Position numbers and translations under genes: made by a program
Shown: positions 1 to 6,622 of the stretch, in pieces
How the letters are laid out: each line of letters opens with the position of its first letter
Numbering within the stretch: the stretch's first letter is position 1
The notes under the pieces: model-generated
Database searches by the model: none
What the model saw: only the letters and a program-made list of their open reading frames with translations
Told to the model about the DNA's origin: nothing
DNA from: Nanobdellati archaeon
GTDB taxonomy: Archaea; EX4484-52; GLR71
Direction of reading: 5' to 3'
DNA: 12,369 bases
Assembly: GCA_019429125.1 (NCBI GenBank)
Contig: JAHYJO010000026.1
Span: 1 to 12,369 of the forward strand

Positions 1-217
1 TCTTAATTGAAATATCATTAATCATAACAAAATCGTTGCCGTTTTTATACTCTTCAAATAATTTACGAAATTTAATCTCATCACTATCTGAATTAACCGG
101 ACCTAATGTTTTTAGAACTTTATGTTTGCAGGTATTATCTGCCCAGTAACTCTCTACAATTTTGGCAGAACGATACTTTTTACCTTTGACTGTTTTTGTA
201 GTAATTGTCAAATACAT
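1..217 (-). CDS. IS1634-family-like DDE transposase, N-terminal part (runs off the window edge)
   Basis: Manual translation from ATG at 217 gives MYLTITTKTVKGKKYRSAKIVESYWADNTCKHKVLKTLGPVNSDSDEIKFRKLFEEYKNGNDFVMINDISIK, open to base 1. The pattern 'MY...K..KGKKY...IVESY......K.KVLKTLG' resembles IS1634 transposase N-termini. The catalytic domain is not visible. Confidence 0.75.
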   Translation of the reverse strand, partial: MYLTITTKTVKGKKYRSAKIVESYWADNTCKHKVLKTLGPVNSDSDEIKFRKLFEEYKNGNDFVMINDISIK

Positions 218-241
218 ATAATATTATATGGGTCAAGCAAG

Positions 242-249
242 TATATATA
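242..249 (-). promoter_or_regulatory. TATA box of the transposase gene
   Basis: TATATATA lies 25-32 nt upstream of ATG 217, which is archaeal leaderless spacing. Confidence 0.55.
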
Positions 250-370
250 GTTATGTGTCTAATTCGTAGCTAGATTTCCTATAGAAAATCAATAACAGCA
301 GTAATCAGAAGGGGTTTAAAAACCATCAAGTCCTAAAGTTGAGATATATTGAAAAATTAGACAATATAAT

Positions 371-397
371 ATACAGAACATACAGAACATACAACAC
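371..397 (+). repeat. Short 9-bp tandem repeat
   Basis: ATACAGAAC ATACAGAAC ATACAACAC. Confidence 0.6.
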
Positions 398-532
398 ACA
401 CATAAAAACAAATCCGTGCATAATCCTTTTCAGCAGAAAACCATTACTTGAGAAATCCTGCAACTTTATAAACTTAAATGATTTCAAACTGGATGAGAAC
501 AGATAGACAGGTGCCTAACAATCTTATTTATT

Positions 533-1183
533 TTATTTCATATACTCTTCTTCCCACTTATCTAACTCTTCATCGTCAAATTCACTGGAAATCTCAGCGC
601 GTATCTCTTTTTCTTCATTAAATTTATCTTTTATTCTAAGACCAAAAAGAACTCCACTAATAAACCCAGCCACATGCGCACCATAGGCGATATTGTCAGG
701 ATTGACCCCTGTAATTATACCCACAACATCAAAAAACACATAGACTACTGCATAAAAAAGCATAGGCAAAGGCACACCAAGATATATCATCAATCTGGGT
801 CTAAGGACCGAGAGTATACCGATAATACCATATATAGCACCACTTGCACCAATAGATAGACTTAAAGGATACATAAATATTGTCGCCAATCCTGCAAAGA
901 TACCAGACAAGATATATCCTATTAGAAACTTTTCAGAACCTATTATCCTCTCAAGCACTATACCGAAAAGCCCGAGCGCAAACATATTGTACAACAAATG
1001 CTCAAAGCCTGAATGAAGAAACATTGAAGTCACAATAATCCACGGTTCTGCAATAAACTTAGGCGGATAAAGCCCGAACATATCTACGATAACAGGAAAA
1101 AGCGCCTCTAAGATAAGTATGACTGTATTGAGTATAATAAGTATAATTGCATAATTCTTGAAACTTTTTTTAACATCAGCCAT
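533..1183 (-). CDS. Rhomboid-family intramembrane serine protease (GlpG-like)
   Basis: About 6 hydrophobic segments, PW..VTSMFLH...HLLYNM loop motif, catalytic GASG serine, TM6 AHVAG histidine and an acidic C-terminal tail. Confidence 0.95.
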   Translation of the reverse strand: MADVKKSFKNYAIILIILNTVILILEALFPVIVDMFGLYPPKFIAEPWIIVTSMFLHSGFEHLLYNMFALGLFGIVLERIIGSEKFLIGYILSGIFAGLATIFMYPLSLSIGASGAIYGIIGILSVLRPRLMIYLGVPLPMLFYAVVYVFFDVVGIITGVNPDNIAYGAHVAGFISGVLFGLRIKDKFNEEKEIRAEISSEFDDEELDKWEEEYMK

Positions 1184-1203
1184 ATCTTATTTTACATTTG
1201 AAA

Positions 1204-1211
1204 CTATATAA
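1204..1211 (-). promoter_or_regulatory. TATA box of the rhomboid gene
   Basis: TTATATAG lies 21-28 nt upstream of ATG 1183. Confidence 0.5.
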
Positions 1212-1254
1212 GGAAACTATAGAAGACTCGGAATAACTCCTTATTTTTTTATTA

Positions 1255-1747
1255 CTCAACTTTGACATTTCGGACTTTTTTATTTTTATTTGCGTTTTTT
1301 TAATACCTGAATTTGACAGATATTAGTATGTTAATTGATTGCGTTTTTTATGTTTTTTCACCTATTTTTCAATACCTCATTTGACAGTTTGTATTCATAA
1401 ATCAAAATATAGTATTATGGTTTGATCTATATTGAAATTCAGATTTAATCTAGTAAAAATTAAGAAAATTCACAAAAATTAGCCAAATGAATTTGACAGT
1501 TAGGCTAAAATTTACAAAAATCAGGAAAAAAATAGACATTTAACCTTATTTTTCTCCAGAAATTAATTTATTTTTAGTCAAAAATCAAGAAATTTTTAAG
1601 TCTTTTGTGGATTTCAAGCTTTTTTATTGCGGTCAATACAATAAAAAATCAAGAAATTACATGAAAAATTGAAGTAAATGTACTAAAAATAGCCAACTGT
1701 CAAATAGATATTCTGAATGAAATAGTTAACAAACTGTCAAACTTGGG
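1255..1747. mobile_element. Putative non-autonomous element (MITE-like) with IS1634-type ends and internal repeats
   Basis: Imperfect terminal inverted repeats CTCAACTTTGACA (1255-1267) and TGTCAAACTTGGG (1735-1747), 11/13 match. TTA occurs on both flanks (1252-1254, 1748-1750). No ORF of 60 aa or more. Six oriented TTTGACA boxes. Confidence 0.5.
1261..1741. repeat. Oriented TTTGACA(GTT) boxes: four forward, two inverted
   Basis: TTTGACA at 1261, 1312, 1380 and 1492; TGTCAAA at 1698 and 1735. 1380-1392 is the exact reverse complement of 1729-1741. Confidence 0.85.
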
Positions 1748-1802
1748 TTACATATTTAACAAATTCTTTTTCATTTACAACAGCCTAAAAAACAGAAACT
1801 CA

Positions 1803-1810
1803 TTTATACA
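1803..1810 (+). promoter_or_regulatory. TATA box of the phosphorylase gene
   Basis: TTTATACA preceded by purine-rich CAGAAA (BRE-like). An SD-like AGGT sits at 1832-1835 before ATG 1843. Confidence 0.5.
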
Positions 1811-1842
1811 CCCTCGTTACATTTTATCATTAGGTAGCAGAT

Positions 1843-3546
1843 ATGGAACGTTTCAATTCAAAAAACACACGAAAAGACAAAAGGACAATAGCTTATTTTA
1901 GCATGGAAATTGGTATTGACCAACAAATCCCAACTTATAGTGGTGGTCTTGGAATTCTTGCAGGAGACACGATAAAAAGCTGTGCAGACTTAAATGTGCC
2001 GGTAGTCGCCATAACATTATTATACAGAAAAGGATATTTCCAACAAAAACTAGACTCACAAGGCAACCAGACCGAACAAGGCGTAGAATGGAAACCTGAA
2101 GATTTTCTTAAAAAATTAGATAAAAAAATAATTGTCAACATTGAAGGAAGACAAGTTCATGTAACTGCATGGCAATATGATGTAAAAGGTGCAGATAGCT
2201 ACAACGTTCCAGTCATATTCCTTGACACAGACCTTGAAGAAAACAGTGAAACAGACAGACACATCACACATCACCTTTACGGCGGGGACCAGAGATACAG
2301 GCTTCAGCAAGAGATAGTATTAGGAATTGGCGGGATACGAACAATTGAAAACCTAGGTTACAGAAACATAAAAAAATATCACATGAATGAGGGTCATTCA
2401 AGCCTTCTTGTCCTTGAACTTCTAAGAAAAAACAGTATAAACTCCGAAATGTTAAATCTAAAAAACAAGAACTGCATAAGAGAAAGATGCGTATTCACAA
2501 CACACACACCAGTTCCTGCTGGTCACGATCAATATGATTTCAATCTTGTAAAAGAAGTGTTAGGAGACATAATACCCTTCAGTGAACTGGAAACTAAATG
2601 TCATGATGGCAAACTTAACATGACATACCTTGCTCTTGACAATAGCCAGTACATAAATGGTGTCGCAAAAAAGCACGGTGAAGTATCAAGAGATATGTTT
2701 CCCGGCTACCTTATAGATTCAATTACAAACGGCGTGCATTCAGTCACATGGACCTCCGTACATTTCGGTAAACTTTATGATAAATACATTCCTGGTTGGA
2801 AAAATGATTCATTCACATTACGATACGCCTTAAACATACCAGGTGAAGATATCTGGGACGCGCACATAAAAGCAAAAAAAGACTTTTTTGATTACATAAA
2901 AAAAACTACCGGCACAAAAATGAAACCGGAAGTTTTCACAATAGGTTTTGCAAGGCGTAGCACAGCCTATAAACGTGCAGACCTTTTATTCTCAAGCATA
3001 GAACGACTCAAAAAAATAGCAAAAGATGTCGGTGAAATACAAATAATATATGGTGGAAAAGCGCACCCTAATGATGGCACAGGAAAAGATCTAATACGAA
3101 ACATATTCAAAAACATGGAAAACCTAAAAGACAAGATAAAATGTGTATACCTTGAAAATTATGATATAGAAATTGCAAAAAAGATGGTATCAGGTGTAGA
3201 CATCTGGCTCAACACACCCTTGCGCCCACTTGAAGCTTCAGGAACATCAGGCATGAAAGCCTGCCATAACGGTATACCAAACTTGAGCATCCCAGATGGT
3301 TGGTGGCTTGAAGGACATTTAGAAGACATCACAGGCTGGTCAATAGGTGACAAGAATCCAGACAATACAAGATGTGATGATGCAAAAAACTTGTATGACA
3401 AACTAGAAAAACAGATAATACCCAAATATTACAATGACAGAAAAGCTTGGACTAATATAATGAAACATTCAATCGCGTTCAATGCATCCTTTTTTAACAC
3501 TCACAGAATGATTCATCAATATGTGCTCAATGCATATTTCAGATAA
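1843..3546 (+). CDS. glgP: Alpha-glucan (glycogen/starch/maltodextrin) phosphorylase, GT35, compact form
   Basis: AYFSME, YSGGLGILAGD, HMNEGH, VFTTHTP.PAGHD, ITNGVH, GFARR..YKR, GKAHP, and the PLP-lysine motif EASGTSGMKA. Confidence 0.95.
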   Translation: MERFNSKNTRKDKRTIAYFSMEIGIDQQIPTYSGGLGILAGDTIKSCADLNVPVVAITLLYRKGYFQQKLDSQGNQTEQGVEWKPEDFLKKLDKKIIVNIEGRQVHVTAWQYDVKGADSYNVPVIFLDTDLEENSETDRHITHHLYGGDQRYRLQQEIVLGIGGIRTIENLGYRNIKKYHMNEGHSSLLVLELLRKNSINSEMLNLKNKNCIRERCVFTTHTPVPAGHDQYDFNLVKEVLGDIIPFSELETKCHDGKLNMTYLALDNSQYINGVAKKHGEVSRDMFPGYLIDSITNGVHSVTWTSVHFGKLYDKYIPGWKNDSFTLRYALNIPGEDIWDAHIKAKKDFFDYIKKTTGTKMKPEVFTIGFARRSTAYKRADLLFSSIERLKKIAKDVGEIQIIYGGKAHPNDGTGKDLIRNIFKNMENLKDKIKCVYLENYDIEIAKKMVSGVDIWLNTPLRPLEASGTSGMKACHNGIPNLSIPDGWWLEGHLEDITGWSIGDKNPDNTRCDDAKNLYDKLEKQIIPKYYNDRKAWTNIMKHSIAFNASFFNTHRMIHQYVLNAYFR

Positions 3547-3549
3547 AAA

Positions 3550-4322
3550 TCATACCTTTTTTATTTTTTGAAACCAATCAGCAATCGACTTAAGCTACAT
3601 CTTCTCTTTTAGGATAAAGGTTATGATTACTACCCCTCAACAATCCTCTTCTCCTTAAACACATTAACATTTGAGAAATATTCATCAGTCTCAGATATTG
3701 GCACTTTATCATCTTTAGAACCGTTTAAAAAAAGGATGGGATATTTAATTTTTCGTATCAATTCAAGCAAGTCATAATTATCCAAATCCTTCCATAATGT
3801 AGAATCAATGCGCGTAACAGACCCATTTGACCTAATCAGTTCAGAAATTCCAGATTGATTATATCCACTTTCTGAAACCAAAAATAGTTTTGATATAATA
3901 TTTTTAGGATATGATATTGCACCTGTAAACACAATACCCTTGACATCAGGCGCAAGTGCAACATTAACTGAATTACCTAAAGATTGCGCAACAATATAGA
4001 TATTATCCATATCAACAATAGACTCCAATCGAACAAAATCAATAATGTCTGCAAGCTCATCTTTTTGTTTTGTAAGTGTTGTATTAAGATAATCCCCTTC
4101 ACTTTCACCACACCCCGAAAAATCAAACCGGTAAACCAAAAACCCAGAAGATGCAAGTATTTTAGAAATGATATCAAACGTACCATATTCTTCTTTAGTG
4201 ACGCCGAAACCATGCACTAAAACAACTGCATAATATCTATCTTTTTTGACAGCAGACATCGCCCTAAGTCCAGATAATATTTCACCCAAATCATTCTTTA
4301 TTGAAATTTTAACATCAGCCAT
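3550..4322 (-). pseudogene. Alpha/beta hydrolase (esterase/peptidase S9-like), frameshifted near the 3' end; intact ORF part 3630-4322
   Basis: VLVHGF, YRFDFSGCGESEG, nucleophile AQSLG and acid GSKDDKVP. The ORF stops at IVEG*. The His motif (EGSNHNL) and terminal helix (KSIADWFQK) continue in shifted frames to a TGA at 3550. Start 4322 was chosen from TATA spacing. Confidence 0.75.
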
Positions 4323-4347
4323 ACAAATAATTATCATCTATCCCTCA

Positions 4348-4382
4348 TATTTATAGATACCAAAAAAACCAACATTTAATAA
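4348..4382. promoter_or_regulatory. Divergent TATA boxes for the hydrolase (-) and hypCDE (+)
   Basis: TATAAATA (minus, 4355-4348) is 26-33 nt before ATG 4322. TTTAATAA (4375-4382) is 23-30 nt before ATG 4405. Confidence 0.5.
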
Positions 4383-4404
4383 CCTTCAACAAAAAATAAG
4401 ATTC

Positions 4405-4593
4405 ATGTGCCTTGCAATCCCTGGAAAAATCATAGAAATAGACAAAGACAACGCAACCATAGACTATAACGGCATAAAAAAACAAGCAAAAATAATACTG
4501 ATATCTCCAAAAATAGGAGACTACGTATTGGTACATGCCGGATTTGCAATTGAGATTCTAAAAAAGAACAAAAACGAAAATGATACAATATAA
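4405..4593 (+). CDS. hypC: Hydrogenase maturation chaperone HypC/HupF
   Basis: N-terminal MCLAIPGKI and GDYVLVHAGFAI; lies directly upstream of hypD. Confidence 0.95.
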   Translation: MCLAIPGKIIEIDKDNATIDYNGIKKQAKIILISPKIGDYVLVHAGFAIEILKKNKNENDTI

Positions 4594-4596
4594 GTG

Positions 4597-5652
4597 ATGC
4601 CTGTGGATGAAAATCTAAAGAATCTGATATCCGAAATAAACAAGACAGCAGAAGATATCAACAGATCTATAAAGATTATGGAAGTCTGTGGCACACATAC
4701 ACAGACAATAGCAAAATATGGTATAAAATCCATTCTGCCAAAAAACATAGAACTTGTAAGCGGTCCAGGATGCCCCGTATGTGTCACACCACAAAAAACA
4801 ATAGATTCAGCAGTAAGACTTGCAATTAAAGGAATACCAATAGCTACATACGGTGACATGCTAAAAGTACCAGGAACCGAGATGTCTTTAGAAACTGCAA
4901 AAGAAAATGGTGCAAATATATTCATAGTAGAATCAACAATTGATGCACTAAAACTAAAAGCACAATACCCAAACCTAGTTTTTTTAGCAATCGGTTTTGA
5001 GACAACAACACCCATGACCGCCTGGGCTGTCAAAAACGGTCTTGATATCATCTGCGCACACAAGACGATACCTGAAGCTATGAACCTAATAGTATCAAAC
5101 AAAGATAACCAGATAGACGGTTTCTTAAACCCCGGCCACGTATCTTCCATTATCGGCACAAAACCCTACAAAAACATCAACGCATCACAAGTTATAGCAG
5201 GTTTTGAACCCAAAGACATCCTTAAATCCTTACTAATGCTACTGCGACAAATAAAAGCCGATAAAAAGGATGTAGAAAATAATTACACCACAATTGTAGA
5301 TGACGACGGCAACAATAAAGCAAGAGAACTCACATCATCAGTATTTGACCAATGTGATTCCAACTGGCGCGGTATAGGGACAATAAAAGACAGCGGACTA
5401 AAACTAAAAAAAGAATACCAGACTCATGACGCAATAGACAAATACAAAAAACTGCTCAAAAATATACCAGAACCAAAAGAAAACACTAAATGCAAGTGCA
5501 CAAACGTCATAATGGGAATGATTGAACCAGAACAATGTCCACTCTTTTCAAAAATATGCACACCCGACAACCCAATAGGACCTTGCATGGTAGGTTCTGA
5601 GAGCGGATGCAAGATTGCATACAAATATAGAGGTGAAGACTATGCCAAATAA
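4597..5652 (+). CDS. hypD: Hydrogenase maturation protein HypD
   Basis: MEVCGTH, GPGCPVC, GFETT, PGHVS, C-terminal Fe-S cysteines (CKC...CPLF...C) and GPCMV. An alternative GTG start lies at 4594. Confidence 0.97.
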   Translation: MPVDENLKNLISEINKTAEDINRSIKIMEVCGTHTQTIAKYGIKSILPKNIELVSGPGCPVCVTPQKTIDSAVRLAIKGIPIATYGDMLKVPGTEMSLETAKENGANIFIVESTIDALKLKAQYPNLVFLAIGFETTTPMTAWAVKNGLDIICAHKTIPEAMNLIVSNKDNQIDGFLNPGHVSSIIGTKPYKNINASQVIAGFEPKDILKSLLMLLRQIKADKKDVENNYTTIVDDDGNNKARELTSSVFDQCDSNWRGIGTIKDSGLKLKKEYQTHDAIDKYKKLLKNIPEPKENTKCKCTNVIMGMIEPEQCPLFSKICTPDNPIGPCMVGSESGCKIAYKYRGEDYAK

Positions 5653-6622
5653 TACAATCAAACTTAAACACGGTGCAGGGGGTGCACCAATGTCAGACCT
5701 AATATCAGGTATAAGACACTCCCTAGAATTTACAGGTGACTGGAAAGGAACGCTTGACGATGGCGCATATCTTAAAGCCGGCAACAAATATCTAGTATTT
5801 ACAACAGATTCATATATCCAGAGCCCATACTTTTTCCCGGGTGGCAACATTGGAAAACTCGCAGTCACAGGAACCGTAAACGACCTTGCAGTCATGGGCG
5901 CAGAACCCATTGCGCTGACATTATCAATAATAATTGAGGAAGGCTTCAAAAAAGAGCACCTTGACACTATAATTGATTCCGTCAACACACTATCAAAAAA
6001 ACTAAAAGTCCCAATTGTCACAGGCGACACCAAAGTCATGCCCAAAGGCCAACTTGACGGCATAATCATAAACACGGCAGGCATAGGCACAACAAAAGAC
6101 ATAATTAGAAACGAAAACATTGCACCCAAAGACAAAGTAATAATCACAGGCACAATTGGCGACCATGGTGGTGCAATCCTTGCAACACGGTTTGACTACA
6201 AGACAGATTTGATATCAGACTGCAGACCAGTGCTTGACATAATGAGACTTCTTAATGGAAAGATAAAATCCGCAAAAGACCCAACTCGAGGCGGTATCGC
6301 ATCATGCTTGAACGAACTGGCCGACAAGGCAAAAGTAAAAATAACAATAGACGAAGAAACTATCCCGATAAGAAAAGAAACGCGCGCAATCTGCAATATC
6401 TTAGGCATTAATCCTTTAACTTTAGCCTGTGAAGGTCGCGCACTCCTCATAGTTTCTGAAGACGACGAAATAGAAGTTTTAGAATTATTAAAAAAAGAGT
6501 TATGTCCTGACGCAATAACTATAGGTACAGTTAGTCCAGGAAAAAAAGTCATCTTAAAGACAAAGATAAGCGAAATATTTCTTGACAACCCAGGTGGAAC
6601 AGGTGTGCCTAGGATTTGTTAA
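5642..6622 (+). CDS. hypE: Hydrogenase maturation carbamoyl dehydratase HypE
   Basis: HGAGG, DDGA, TTDSY, VNDLAVMGA, GDTKV, DPTRGG and C-terminal PRIC. RBS GAGGTGA at 5630-5636 supports ATG 5642, which overlaps the end of hypD. Confidence 0.97.
   Translation: MPNNTIKLKHGAGGAPMSDLISGIRHSLEFTGDWKGTLDDGAYLKAGNKYLVFTTDSYIQSPYFFPGGNIGKLAVTGTVNDLAVMGAEPIALTLSIIIEEGFKKEHLDTIIDSVNTLSKKLKVPIVTGDTKVMPKGQLDGIIINTAGIGTTKDIIRNENIAPKDKVIITGTIGDHGGAILATRFDYKTDLISDCRPVLDIMRLLNGKIKSAKDPTRGGIASCLNELADKAKVKITIDEETIPIRKETRAICNILGINPLTLACEGRALLIVSEDDEIEVLELLKKELCPDAITIGTVSPGKKVILKTKISEIFLDNPGGTGVPRIC

Larger units (their letters stand above)
1..343 (-). mobile_element. Left end of an IS1634-like insertion sequence (partial)
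   Basis: Transposase-like ORF preceded by a 126-nt leader. The leader begins CTCAACTTTAGGAC (minus strand, from 343), and the same CTCAACTTT 9-mer opens the element at 1255. The flank 344-349 is ATATAT. Confidence 0.6.

Noticed and set aside
326-421. 31-aa hydrophobic minus-strand ORF (MHGFVFMCVLYVLYVLY...)
   Set aside because: It arises from the 9-bp repeat, crosses the putative IS boundary and has no recognisable motif.
344-532. tRNA or C/D-box sRNA in the intergenic region
   Set aside because: No cloverleaf and no convincing paired C (RUGAUGA) and D (CUGA) boxes were found by eye.
1261-1498. Bacterial sigma70 -35 boxes (TTGACA)
   Set aside because: The context is archaeal, conservation extends beyond the hexamer, and there is no consistent -10 element at 17 bp.
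1261-1741. CRISPR array
   Set aside because: The repeats are too short, irregularly spaced (51, 68, 112 bp) and in both orientations, and no cas genes are present.
1255-1747. Archaeal replication origin (inverted boxes around an AT-rich core)
   Set aside because: The boxes do not resemble the ORB consensus (no TCCA..GAAA or G-string), no cdc6/orc1 is adjacent, and the strand skew looks the same on both sides. Disfavoured but not formally excluded.
3627-3632. Pyrrolysine or stop read-through at the hydrolase TAG
   Set aside because: The TAG is immediately followed by an in-frame TAA, and the conserved His lies in another frame.
5615-5641. Longer hypE start at 5615
   Set aside because: The RBS GAGGTGA points to ATG 5642.
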